Source: Coprothermobacterota bacterium (lineage in GTDB: Bacteria; Coprothermobacterota; Coprothermobacteria; Coprothermobacterales; Coprothermobacteraceae). Taken from it: a stretch of DNA of 64,000 nucleotides. Made by a program: the position numbers and the translations under genes. Of the stretch, positions 39,289 to 49,774 are shown one piece after another. Location: positions 160,001 through 224,000 of the forward strand of contig JAZIGN010000001.1 in assembly GCA_036679065.1 (NCBI GenBank), given 5' to 3'. The stretch's first letter is position 1. Every line of letters begins with the position of its first letter. The notes below the pieces were generated by a model. It was not told the DNA's origin and did not search any database. It worked only from the letters and a program-made list of their open reading frames with translations.

Positions 39289-40397
39289 GGAAAGTCATTT
39301 TAGTGGACAGCAATTCTTTGCTTTACAGATCTTACTATGCCCTGCCAAAGCTTAGTACAAAAGACGGTTTCCCCACAGGTGGGATTTATGGTTTCTTGCG
39401 CATCGTGTCAAAACTGCTTGGTGAACCACACAGCCACTTTATCATTGTGGGGGACGCTAAGGGAATACTGGCTCGTACATTGGTCTTTAAAGAGTACAAA
39501 AGCAACAGACCCAAAGCCCCCGATGAGCTCCATAGGCAAAGAGAGAGGTTACCTGATGTACTCACACAGCTTTCTCTTCCTTACGTAGTGTATGATGGGA
39601 AAGAGGCTGATGACGTCATATCTTCGCTAACGCATTTTTTCGAACGTTGGAACTTTCAAGTTGAGATCTATACTTCTGATACCGACATGATGCAGTTGAT
39701 TACGCATAACACCAGCGTTGTAACTTTTAAGAAGGGTATTACCCAAGTTAAACACTACGATTATAAGACTTTCTTGGATGAGTTTGGATTTGCTCCTGAA
39801 CGGTTTGTGGACTACAAGTCTTTGGTGGGGGATAGCGCTGATAACATCCCGGGTGTGAACGGAATCGGACCTAAGACAGCCAGTGCTTTGGTAAAAGAAT
39901 TCAGTAGAGAAGAGCTACTTGACAAATTCGGCAGTATGCTTGAAAGGAACTTGCAACTAATTACCTTGGAAGATTTTCCTGTACCATATGGCACATTGCT
40001 CCTAAGAGTTAAGCCGTCTAACGATTTAAGTATTTTGGAAGAGTTGGAATTCAATTCTCTTATTGATCCGTTTCTAAGAGTTTTGGGAACAAGAAAAGTA
40101 CAGGTGGGTTTGTTTGGTCTGGAAGATCTGGACAGACTTCCTTGGCAATGTCTTTCTGACCCCACTGTTGTGGGGGAACCATTTCCTTTCGCATTTGTTG
40201 AACGTGAGGATCCCATTAGAAGTTCTAATTTGCTTTATGCTCAACGTTTTTTAAATGGAATGAACACTGATCAAGTTCCAAAGAAGGTATTGGTGGATGA
40301 CGACGTATCGGATGTCACTGTTGACGAAGCTCTGGCTCTTATGAACGCTGCTACAAGTGTAGCCGTGGAAGGTGAAGTTTTACGAGTGCAGCAATAG
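39285..40397 (+). CDS. Stand-alone 5'-3' exonuclease/flap endonuclease (Pol I N-terminal domain), no polymerase domain
   Basis: DSNSLLYRSYYA, YKSNR, EADD, SDTD, GDSADNIPGVNGIGPKTA; stop at 370 aa. Confidence 0.9.
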   Translation: MRKVILVDSNSLLYRSYYALPKLSTKDGFPTGGIYGFLRIVSKLLGEPHSHFIIVGDAKGILARTLVFKEYKSNRPKAPDELHRQRERLPDVLTQLSLPYVVYDGKEADDVISSLTHFFERWNFQVEIYTSDTDMMQLITHNTSVVTFKKGITQVKHYDYKTFLDEFGFAPERFVDYKSLVGDSADNIPGVNGIGPKTASALVKEFSREELLDKFGSMLERNLQLITLEDFPVPYGTLLLRVKPSNDLSILEELEFNSLIDPFLRVLGTRKVQVGLFGLEDLDRLPWQCLSDPTVVGEPFPFAFVEREDPIRSSNLLYAQRFLNGMNTDQVPKKVLVDDDVSDVTVDEALALMNAATSVAVEGEVLRVQQ

Positions 40398-40957
40398 TCA
40401 CACTGGGCATGGGGGGTTGGATCGGTGTGGGCAAAAGCACCATCTGTTCTTACTTCGAACAGGAAATGGGAGCCGCTGTCCTAAGTTTGGATTCCATAAG
40501 CCATGAACTTTATGAAGTGCATGAGGTCTCCTCTGCTTTAAAAGAGACCTTTGGTACGTGTCAGCGCAGTGAGATTGCGTTAAAGCTTACAGAGAACCCA
40601 TCTTTGTGGGAAGACTTAGATAACATCTTCAAACCTTATTTGGTAGAGGAAACTTTGCGGCGACTTCAAGCATGTGCTACACCTTTACGGATTATTGAGG
40701 GAAGCTTACTGCTCAGACTTGATTTGCAAAGGGTATGCGATCTAGTAACTTGGGTGACGTTTCACCCTCTCGAGGAGGCCATAAGACGTAGCTCCAGTCG
40801 CATGGGCAAAGCTTTTTCCTACAGCCTGAGTATCTTACAACGGCAAATTGAAACAGGTATTTTTGATCCTTCAAAAGTGGACATTCTCTTGGTTGGAACC
40901 CCGGAAAAGAGTTCTAAGGAGTTGTATGAAGAACTCAGAGCGCATCTACACCTATAA
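40394..40957 (+). CDS. coaE: Dephospho-CoA kinase (start uncertain: ATA 40394 or ATG 40409)
   Basis: GGWIGVGKST P-loop, LDSISHELY, IEGSLL; polA-coaE synteny. Confidence 0.8.
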   Translation: MVTLGMGGWIGVGKSTICSYFEQEMGAAVLSLDSISHELYEVHEVSSALKETFGTCQRSEIALKLTENPSLWEDLDNIFKPYLVEETLRRLQACATPLRIIEGSLLLRLDLQRVCDLVTWVTFHPLEEAIRRSSSRMGKAFSYSLSILQRQIETGIFDPSKVDILLVGTPEKSSKELYEELRAHLHL

Positions 40958-41429
40958 ACTGCCCTTTGGCCTATGGTTACTTGTCCTCACCGATTCGGAG
41001 CGCTTAATACGTACCTGGTTACAAGATGTAGAGCCCGCCATAGGTGAAGTTTCGAGGGGGATCTTAAAGGATTTCCTGGATAAGTACTCTGCTGGATTGT
41101 GGGAGCCGACACCAGTGTTAAATTTGATAGACTGGAGCGACTACACAGAAAAGAGGGGCGAGGTTTACCGCACGTTAAGTGCAACAATTCCCATGGGATC
41201 CACAATTACCTATGGGCATTTGGGTGCCATTTGCGGTTGCAGTCCGCGGGCTATTGGGGTCTACATGAGAACGAATAAGTTTCCCATAATCATTCCTTGT
41301 CATCGTGTGGTAGGACAAAAAAGCTTGGGTGGCTACTCACCTGAGGTAAAATGGAAGAAAGTCATATTGGAGTGGGAATTAAATAATGCAAAAAGTAATC
41401 GTAGTAACGGGACTTTCTGGAGCTGGTAA
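40926..41429 (+). CDS. ogt: Methylated-DNA--protein-cysteine methyltransferase
   Basis: IPMGSTITYG, PRAIG, IIPCHRVV active site. Confidence 0.92.
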   Translation: MKNSERIYTYKLPFGLWLLVLTDSERLIRTWLQDVEPAIGEVSRGILKDFLDKYSAGLWEPTPVLNLIDWSDYTEKRGEVYRTLSATIPMGSTITYGHLGAICGCSPRAIGVYMRTNKFPIIIPCHRVVGQKSLGGYSPEVKWKKVILEWELNNAKSNRSNGTFWSW

Positions 41430-42255
41430 ATCCACAGTTTCCAAAGCATTAGAGGACTTGGGTTACGTGGTTGTGGATAACGTTCCTGTGGACCTGCTTC
41501 ACAATCTCTTAGAGCTTTATGAGGCAAAGAATCAAGAACAACTGGTGGCTGTGGTGGTGGACAGTCGGAGTTTGCGGCACCAAGGAGAAGTTTCGAAGTT
41601 TGTTACTGATCTGATAGATCTGAAGAACAGGATGCCCTTAAGCGTAATTTTCCTTGAGGCTAGTACAGACACATTGCTTTCCAGATTCAACTTAACTAGG
41701 CACTTGCACCCGTTGGTTCACGCTACAGGCAGTCGCCTAGCACTTATAGAGGCTATTGAGAGAGAGAAAGAGCTCATGTCGGAGCTTCGAGATGTAAGCG
41801 ATGTAGTTATTGACACCACGGGCATGAAAGAACGTGATCTGGTTTATCAAGTGGAGAACTTTATTGGGAAGGATAGGGGACCCGAGTTTTACTTGATAAG
41901 TTTTAGCTATCAGCGGGGACTTCCTACTAACGCTGATATGGTTTATGATGCTAGAGTATTTCGGAACCCTTATTACGTGGACGAGTTACGTACATTAACT
42001 GGTCTAGACGAATCTGTGGCAGACTATGTTAGGGGAGACGGGAATTACGAGCATTTTTTGAAGCTATGGGTTGAACTGGCGGAAAGAAGTTATCATGAGC
42101 ACATAAAGCTGGGTAAACCCTATTTGGTCATAGGTGTGGGTTGCACTGGAGGCCAGCATCGTAGTGTTTTGGTGGTTAGGGATTTGAACGACCAGCTTAC
42201 AAAGAATGGCCACAAAGTCATTACGTGGCACCGCGAGTTAGGTAGTGTCAATTAG
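41386..42255 (+). CDS. rapZ: RNase adapter RapZ/YvcJ
   Basis: TGLSGAGKS, VDN.P, RHLHPL, NPYY, GCTGGQHRSV. Confidence 0.95.
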   Translation: MQKVIVVTGLSGAGKSTVSKALEDLGYVVVDNVPVDLLHNLLELYEAKNQEQLVAVVVDSRSLRHQGEVSKFVTDLIDLKNRMPLSVIFLEASTDTLLSRFNLTRHLHPLVHATGSRLALIEAIEREKELMSELRDVSDVVIDTTGMKERDLVYQVENFIGKDRGPEFYLISFSYQRGLPTNADMVYDARVFRNPYYVDELRTLTGLDESVADYVRGDGNYEHFLKLWVELAERSYHEHIKLGKPYLVIGVGCTGGQHRSVLVVRDLNDQLTKNGHKVITWHRELGSVN

Positions 42256-43078
42256 TGAGAATTTCTGGAACGAGATTTCTACCGTAGAGATCACTAATCC
42301 TCTTTCCGAGTTAGTAGGTTTTTTGTTGGGCTCTGGCGAAATAGACTTTCAGGGCAACGTATTCGTGAGTTTTAGACGGGCACAGCCCGTCAGAAGAGCA
42401 ATCCAGGTCATGGAAATGTTAGAAGGCACTTGTGAAGTACAGTTCCACAGAAAACGTTCCGCATCTTCTCGTCAAACATATGTGCTAAAGAGTCATCTCC
42501 CTAAAGACATCTTTGACTCGGTTTCTACCTTGGTCACTGGCAGTCTTGATTGGCATATCATAAGGGGCATAATGCTGAGCACTGGCTACATATCTGATCT
42601 CAACCCATGGTACCATGCCACCTTGGACGTAGAAGTTTTGGAACAAGCTAAGAAGGTTGAACAATGGCTTTCAAAGCGTGTTGGAGCGGTCTATCTCATT
42701 ACTAAGCAGAGTACTAACACTATTCATTTAAGATCTTACGAAGCACTTTACAAGTTTGTTGATGGTTTGGGCGCGGTGAAAACCAGGGAAGAGATTTATG
42801 CACACCATTTCATGCGAGAGAAAAAGCTCGCGGCACAGCGTTTAGCAAACTGTGATAACGCTAATTTGAAGCGTCAGGTGGCAAAGTATGAGTTTCACAG
42901 GAAGCTTTTTGAAACTGGCGATTTGACCAAGCTGACCGACGTTGAGTATGCTGTCTTGAAGCTGCGTGTCGAGCATCCTGAGTTCTCCTATGGGGACATG
43001 GCTGAAAAGCTAGGCGTATCCAAGAGCAAGGTGGCTCGAGCATTAAGAAACATTGAGGAGAAGCTAAGTGGCGAATAG
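42245..43078 (+). CDS. whiA: DNA-binding protein WhiA
   Basis: RG..L..G.I.D...YH, RLANCDNANL, C-terminal HTH (LRVEHPE..SKSKV); follows rapZ. Confidence 0.88.
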   Translation: MSISENFWNEISTVEITNPLSELVGFLLGSGEIDFQGNVFVSFRRAQPVRRAIQVMEMLEGTCEVQFHRKRSASSRQTYVLKSHLPKDIFDSVSTLVTGSLDWHIIRGIMLSTGYISDLNPWYHATLDVEVLEQAKKVEQWLSKRVGAVYLITKQSTNTIHLRSYEALYKFVDGLGAVKTREEIYAHHFMREKKLAAQRLANCDNANLKRQVAKYEFHRKLFETGDLTKLTDVEYAVLKLRVEHPEFSYGDMAEKLGVSKSKVARALRNIEEKLSGE

Positions 43079-44066
43079 CGGTAAAGGTAGACAGAAGCCC
43101 AAAGCAAAACAACGGCTCACATTAAAAGGGAAGCAGACACTTAGGCCTCATCTTTCTGAAGGGTTGGAACTTCCTTTTACTGAGTTCTTGGTGCGGTACG
43201 GCGGTTTTGGCCCAGAGGAATTGGTTGAAGAGACTGTTCCTTCTGGTGTGGGACAGACAATCGATTGGGACATGGTAGAAGCGCAAGTAGATATGCTTTT
43301 TGATGAAAAGGAACTTCCAGTAGTGAATAGATTACTTGGGTCATTGGATCACCTTGGTTATCTCGGATCAGATTTGACCGAACTGGCTGAGCAGTTGAAA
43401 GTGGACGTGGAGTACGTCAGTGAGGTACGAAAGAAACTTATGAGGGAAGTAGAGCCATTTGGGCTGGGTTCGCTGAGTCAACGAGAATTTAGGCAGTTGC
43501 TTAAGGACCTAAAATTGGATTTGCGTGATCATCCCATTGATCTACCCGAGGAACGCACCAGAGCGACCACTCCAGATTTTGCTTTGGAACTTGTCGACGG
43601 TCAACTTGAAGTTAAGGTCAGTGACAAATACGAATATCTGATACAGAATACACAAGGTATTCCGAGGATGGTTGCTGAATACAGGAAAGACTTAATAATG
43701 AGGCTTGGCAAGTTCCTTGTCCAGCACTGCGGGGACAAGATTCTCACACATGAGCCCTGCTTTGTAACGTTAGATAATGCTGCTCATGAGCTGGGAGTTT
43801 CAAAGTCCACGGTATCACGTTTGGTTAGAAGCAAGGCATTTACTTTTGAAGGCAAGGTTTACCCCGTGGAGCAGTACTTCGGCAGGAGTGTGAAAGGCGT
43901 GCCACAGGAAGAATTGATGTTAGAAATAATCAACATATTGAAATCAATGCCCACGGCCACCGATGCACAAGTTGCCCAGTTGCTTCGTCTTCGTAGGGGC
44001 TGGAGGTTTTCCCGGCGTACTGTGAATAAATACAGACACCTGGTGGCCGAATATTTGCAGGACTAA
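43068..44066 (+). CDS. rpoN: Reduced sigma-54 (RpoN)-like factor
   Basis: SLDHLGYL, EPFGLG, PDF, HTH ELGVSKSTVSR, RpoN box SRRTVNKYR; only 332 aa. Confidence 0.8.
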   Translation: MANSGKGRQKPKAKQRLTLKGKQTLRPHLSEGLELPFTEFLVRYGGFGPEELVEETVPSGVGQTIDWDMVEAQVDMLFDEKELPVVNRLLGSLDHLGYLGSDLTELAEQLKVDVEYVSEVRKKLMREVEPFGLGSLSQREFRQLLKDLKLDLRDHPIDLPEERTRATTPDFALELVDGQLEVKVSDKYEYLIQNTQGIPRMVAEYRKDLIMRLGKFLVQHCGDKILTHEPCFVTLDNAAHELGVSKSTVSRLVRSKAFTFEGKVYPVEQYFGRSVKGVPQEELMLEIINILKSMPTATDAQVAQLLRLRRGWRFSRRTVNKYRHLVAEYLQD

Positions 44067-44109
44067 AAAGCTCGATCGCATAAAAGTCGCTTAACTCATG
44101 TTTTTGTGA

Positions 44110-45153
<1,044 letters not shown>

Positions 45154-45154
45154 T

Positions 45155-46336
45155 ATGAAGTTAAGAAGCATCCGAGAAGCTGAGGTCAGGAATAAGCGTG
45201 TCATTGTTCGAGTCGACTTCAATGTACCTTTGGATGCGGAAGGCAATGTTGCAGATGACTTTCGCATAAGGGCTGCTCTTCCCACCATTGAGTATTTGGT
45301 GGAAAATGGAGCAAAAATCATACTAATCTCACACCTGGGTAGGCCCAAGGGCAAGCGAGACAAGAAATACAGTCTGGTCGGTGTGGCAAAAAGACTTGCG
45401 GAGCTTCTTCATAAAGAGATCCTTTTTGCTCCTGATGTAGTAGGCGAGGAAGTTGAATTGGCAGTGAATGGTTTGAGGCCAGGGGATATTCTGCTGTGCG
45501 AAAATGTACGCTTCCACGAAGAGGAAGAAAAGAACGATGCCGAATTTGCAAAGAAGATCGCTAGCTTGGGTGAAGTCTTCGTAAACGATGCATTCTCGGC
45601 TAGTCACCGTGCTCATGCCACTGTGGAAGCCATAACAAAGTTTCTTCCATCATACGCGGGCTTTCTCATGGAGAAAGAGGTTAACTACTTATCTATGCTT
45701 ACAGAGAACCCTCAACGACCCTACTATCTTGTTCTTGGTGGTGCTAAGGTAAGCGACAAAGTTGCGCTTCTACAAAATCTGTTACCAAAAGTAGACGGCA
45801 TGGTGATCGGTGGAGCCATGGTTTTCACTTTCTGGAAGGCTCAAGGGAAGGAAACTGGCAAGTCCATAGTAGAGGGCGATCTAGTCGGATTCGCTAAAGA
45901 CCTGCTTGAGCAGGCTACTTCGCAGAACAAGGAGATAATTCTTGCGAAAGACTTTGTAGTCGCTGATGAGAACAGAGAACACATAGAAATCAAAAACATT
46001 AACGATTTTGGAGCTACGGATATCGGGTACGACATTGGGCCTGAAAGCATCAAAGATTTCAAAAATACACTGGTCAAAGCGAGAACGGTTTTCTGGAACG
46101 GACCACTGGGGCTTTTCGAAGATCCGAAGTTTGCCGAGGGTACAAAACAAATCGGTGCGTTCTTAGCAGATTTCCCAGGTAGCGTCGTAGTTGGCGGTGG
46201 TGATACGGCTAACGCTGTTAGGGAAATGGGGCTTTTCGATAAATTCGCTCATGTGAGTACTGGTGGAGGAGCTTCATTAGAGTTCCTTGAAGGAAAACTG
46301 CTTCCGGGAATTGCTCCACTGGTGGTGGAGGGTTGA
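45155..46336 (+). CDS. pgk: Phosphoglycerate kinase
   Basis: RVDFNVP, SHLGRP, GGAKVSDK, STGGGASLEFLEG. Confidence 0.98.
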   Translation: MKLRSIREAEVRNKRVIVRVDFNVPLDAEGNVADDFRIRAALPTIEYLVENGAKIILISHLGRPKGKRDKKYSLVGVAKRLAELLHKEILFAPDVVGEEVELAVNGLRPGDILLCENVRFHEEEEKNDAEFAKKIASLGEVFVNDAFSASHRAHATVEAITKFLPSYAGFLMEKEVNYLSMLTENPQRPYYLVLGGAKVSDKVALLQNLLPKVDGMVIGGAMVFTFWKAQGKETGKSIVEGDLVGFAKDLLEQATSQNKEIILAKDFVVADENREHIEIKNINDFGATDIGYDIGPESIKDFKNTLVKARTVFWNGPLGLFEDPKFAEGTKQIGAFLADFPGSVVVGGGDTANAVREMGLFDKFAHVSTGGGASLEFLEGKLLPGIAPLVVEG

Positions 46337-46341
46337 TCGCC

Positions 46342-47061
46342 TTGCGCTACGTTTTTGGCAACTGGAAGATGAATGGTACCTTGGCTTTTGCCAAGGAGTA
46401 CGTAGATAAATTGTTAGAATTGGTGCGGCCTGCTTCAGTGCAGGTCGCACTTTTTCCGCCTTTTACCGCTTTGTGCAGTTTCTCCGATTTTGTAAGCGGT
46501 ACTTTCTTGAAGTTTGGCGCTCAGAACATGCATTATGAAGACTCAGGTGCTTTCACTGGAGAAATATCACCGGTCATGTTGAAAGAGTTTGACGTGGATT
46601 ACGTGCTTATTGGTCATTCCGAGAGGCGTCACATTTTTCTTGAAAATGATGAGATGCTTATGAAGAAAGTTGAAGCAGCTCACAGGCACGATATTCCAGT
46701 AGTGTTTTGTGTGGGAGAAACATTAGAAGAAAGGCGAAGTGGAATAACAAAAGACATTCTAAAACGTCAACTTATCTTGGTACAGGACATTTTGAGCACT
46801 GGTGACATCGTCGCTTACGAACCTGTTTGGGCCATAGGAACGGGTGTTACGCCTACCATGGACGAAATTGGTGAAAGCATTTCATGGGTGAAGGAATTAC
46901 TGAAGGCAGAGTTACCTGTTCTTTATGGTGGTAGTGTGAACAAAGGCAATGCTGCTGACATTGCAAGTGTTTCCGAGGTAGATGGAGTTTTGGTAGGCGG
47001 AGCTAGCCTAAAAGTTGAAGAATTTGCTATTATAATAAAAGCGTTCGACCAGAATATTTAG
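46342..47061 (+). CDS. tpiA: Triosephosphate isomerase
   Basis: GNWKM, GHSERR, AYEPVWAIGTG, YGGSV; TTG 46342 after GGAGGG. Confidence 0.97.
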   Translation: MRYVFGNWKMNGTLAFAKEYVDKLLELVRPASVQVALFPPFTALCSFSDFVSGTFLKFGAQNMHYEDSGAFTGEISPVMLKEFDVDYVLIGHSERRHIFLENDEMLMKKVEAAHRHDIPVVFCVGETLEERRSGITKDILKRQLILVQDILSTGDIVAYEPVWAIGTGVTPTMDEIGESISWVKELLKAELPVLYGGSVNKGNAADIASVSEVDGVLVGGASLKVEEFAIIIKAFDQNI

Positions 47062-47079
47062 CTGCGAGGTGTTTAGCTG

Positions 47080-47298
47080 ATGAAACAAGTGATCATGATT
47101 GTGTTAGGAATAGTGTCCTTTGTGCTTTTGCTGCTTATAACCCTACAAGAGCCAAAGGAGGAAGGTTTGGGAGCAATTGGTGGCTCTGCCTCAATGTTTC
47201 ACGGTGCTTCACCAAGAAGTAAGTTGTTCGACAAACTTATCATAGGTTTTGGTGTTGCCTATGTGCTGCTAGTTATTTTAGCGGTAGTGCTAAAATAG
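47080..47298 (+). CDS. secG: Preprotein translocase subunit SecG
   Basis: Two TMs flanking LQEPK..GLGAIGG; position after glycolytic genes. Confidence 0.9.
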   Translation: MKQVIMIVLGIVSFVLLLLITLQEPKEEGLGAIGGSASMFHGASPRSKLFDKLIIGFGVAYVLLVILAVVLK

Positions 47299-47350
47299 TA
47301 GTTGTCAGCAATATGTAACTGGCGAAGCATCAACAAAAAAGAAGTTAATA

Positions 47351-47397
47351 GCACGCTTGTTTAGTCATGCTGGCTAGGCAATGCGCAAGTAGGAGGT
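47351..47397 (+). promoter_or_regulatory. Structured rpsO 5' leader (candidate S15-binding element)
   Basis: TTGTTTAGTCA (47357-67) pairs with TGGCTAGGCAA (47371-81) using four G-U pairs, closed by CGC/GCG, just before SD AGGAGGT. Confidence 0.5.
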
Positions 47398-47667
47398 ATG
47401 GAAATGGATAAAGAGATTAAGCGTAAAATTATTGAAGAGTATGCAACGCATTCTGGAGACACCGGATCACCTGAAGTGCAGGTGGCATTGCTTACGTACA
47501 GGATTCAAAACCTGACAGAGCACTTGAAGAAAAACCCGAAGGATGTGCATTCCAGAAGAGGTCTAATTCTCATGGTAAGTAAACGTAGAAAGTTGCTTAA
47601 CTACCTAAAAGAGAAGTCTCCAGAACGTTACCAGACTTTGATTCAGCGCTTAGGGTTGAGACGTTAG
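47398..47667 (+). CDS. rpsO: 30S ribosomal protein S15 (start may be ATG 47404)
   Basis: [28 protein letters not shown]. Confidence 0.98.
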
Positions 47668-47668
47668 T

Positions 47669-49762
47669 ATGATAGAACGTAAGAAAATAGAAGTTACTGG
47701 TACAGTAGCTGGAAAGAAAGTTATTTTCCAATCGGGCTTTTTGGCATTGCAAGCAAACGGGGCTGTCCTAGCTCGTTTTGGGGATACAGTGGCGTTATCC
47801 ACTGTGTTAATGAGCTCAGAACCCAAATTGGATATAGACTTCTTTCCTCTTACTGTGGATTATGAAGAAAAGTCATATGCTGTGGGAAAGATTCCTGGAG
47901 GCTTTTTTAAGAAGGAAGGACGTCCCACTGATATGGAGATACTAAAGGCAAGGCTTATTGACAGATCTATTCGCCCAATGTTTCCTGATGGCATGAGAAA
48001 CGAAGTTCAAGTGTTAAACATGATTCTTGCCGCCGACATGGAGAATCCGCCTGACATTGTGGCTTTAAACGGAACTGCTGCCGCTCTGGCTGTATCGGAT
48101 ATACCGATTCCGGAGTTAATTGCAGGGGTTAGGGTAGGATATATTGATGGTGAATACGTGCTTAATCCCACTTTTGCTGAAATGAGTGAGAGCCAGCTGG
48201 ATCTGGTAGTAGCTGGAACCAGAGACAGCATTGTAATGATTGAAGCAGGTGCCGCTGAGGTTGATAAAAGCATTCTTATTGGCGGCTTGAAATTTGCTCA
48301 AGAGGGTATTCGCCAAATTATCGATCTGATTGCAGAATTAAAGGAAAAAGTTGGACGACCTAAAGCAGAAATTACCGTGGTATCATTCCCGCAAGAGCAA
48401 TTGGATTTCATGCGAAATCATGAAGACAGGTTTAGGGCGGCACTCATTACCCCTATAAAGCAAGAACGCGAAAGGGCTGTGAGTGAACTAAAGAAAGCGC
48501 TTTTCCAGGAAATGCTGGAAGTATTCCCCGATTTGGACGAAGCCATGTTTAATCTCATGTTTGGTGAGGTTGAAAAGGAAGTTGTGCGAGCCTATATGAA
48601 ATCCACAAGAAAACGGGTGGATGGAAGGGCTTTTGATGAAATAAGGCCTTTGTACGCCGAAAGTAGTGTGCTACCCAAGGTTCATGGGTCAGGCCTGTTT
48701 ATTAGGGGGCAGACTCAGGTTCTTTCAACAGTGACGCTTGGAAGCTTCAGCGACGTACAGTTCATTGATGCCATTGGTTTGGAAGAGTTCAAGCGGTTCA
48801 TGCACCAATACGATTTTCCGCCGTTTAGCACTGGTGAGGTAAAACCACGCCGTGGTCCTTCAAGGAGAGAAATAGGTCACGGTGCTCTGGTAGAGAGAGC
48901 TCTTTCTTACCTTATTCCCTCTGAGGAGGTATTTCCATATACCATAAGGGTGGTTAGTGAGGTACTTGAAAGTAATGGCTCTACCTCTATGGCAAGCACG
49001 TGCGCTAGTTCTATTGCGCTTATGAGTGCTGGCGTCACCATGGCTCGGCATGTGGGTGGTATTGCCATGGGTTTGATAGAGTACAACGACGAGAACGTCG
49101 TGCTAACGGATATCCAAGGTCTTGAGGACCATCTGGGTGATATGGACTTTAAAGTAGCTGGAACTCGAGAGGGTATAACCGCTTTGCAGCTTGATGTAAA
49201 AGTTAAAGGCATAAGTGTCGAGACACTGGATAAGGCCATTGATCAAGCAGAAGTAGCTAGAAGTAAGATATTGGATGTGCTTTACGATGCCATACCCTCA
49301 CCTAGACCATTGTCTGAGACAGCTCCTAGAATTGTTAAGATAGAAATACCTGTGGACAAGATTGGTGAAGTCATTGGCCCCGGCGGTAGAAATGTGAAAA
49401 GGATTACGCAGGAAACGGGTGCTACCATTGACATAAGGGAAGATGGCGTTGCTTTTGTCAAAGGCTTGACAGACGAATCGGTCAACATGGCAAAGCAGCA
49501 GGTCGAAATGATAGTTAAAGATCCCGAAGTGGGTGAAGAACTTACCGCTCGGGTGGTACGTGTTACCCCGTCCTATGCCATAGTGGAGATAGCTCCTGGC
49601 AAAACGGGCTTGCTTCATGTATCAGAGGTATCGGAGACACGTATAAGGTCTTTAGAGGACGTTTTGTCTGTTGGTCAGACCATAAAGGTTTGGGTAAAAG
49701 AGAAAGATGGAGAAGGACGTCTGAGGTTCTCGGCAAAGGAGAAGAAGAGCGAGGCACATTAG
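47669..49762 (+). CDS. pnp: Polyribonucleotide nucleotidyltransferase
   Basis: [46 protein letters not shown] and S1 domains. Confidence 0.98.
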   Translation: MIERKKIEVTGTVAGKKVIFQSGFLALQANGAVLARFGDTVALSTVLMSSEPKLDIDFFPLTVDYEEKSYAVGKIPGGFFKKEGRPTDMEILKARLIDRSIRPMFPDGMRNEVQVLNMILAADMENPPDIVALNGTAAALAVSDIPIPELIAGVRVGYIDGEYVLNPTFAEMSESQLDLVVAGTRDSIVMIEAGAAEVDKSILIGGLKFAQEGIRQIIDLIAELKEKVGRPKAEITVVSFPQEQLDFMRNHEDRFRAALITPIKQERERAVSELKKALFQEMLEVFPDLDEAMFNLMFGEVEKEVVRAYMKSTRKRVDGRAFDEIRPLYAESSVLPKVHGSGLFIRGQTQVLSTVTLGSFSDVQFIDAIGLEEFKRFMHQYDFPPFSTGEVKPRRGPSRREIGHGALVERALSYLIPSEEVFPYTIRVVSEVLESNGSTSMASTCASSIALMSAGVTMARHVGGIAMGLIEYNDENVVLTDIQGLEDHLGDMDFKVAGTREGITALQLDVKVKGISVETLDKAIDQAEVARSKILDVLYDAIPSPRPLSETAPRIVKIEIPVDKIGEVIGPGGRNVKRITQETGATIDIREDGVAFVKGLTDESVNMAKQQVEMIVKDPEVGEELTARVVRVTPSYAIVEIAPGKTGLLHVSEVSETRIRSLEDVLSVGQTIKVWVKEKDGEGRLRFSAKEKKSEAH

Positions 49763-49774
49763 CAGGAACAGTTG

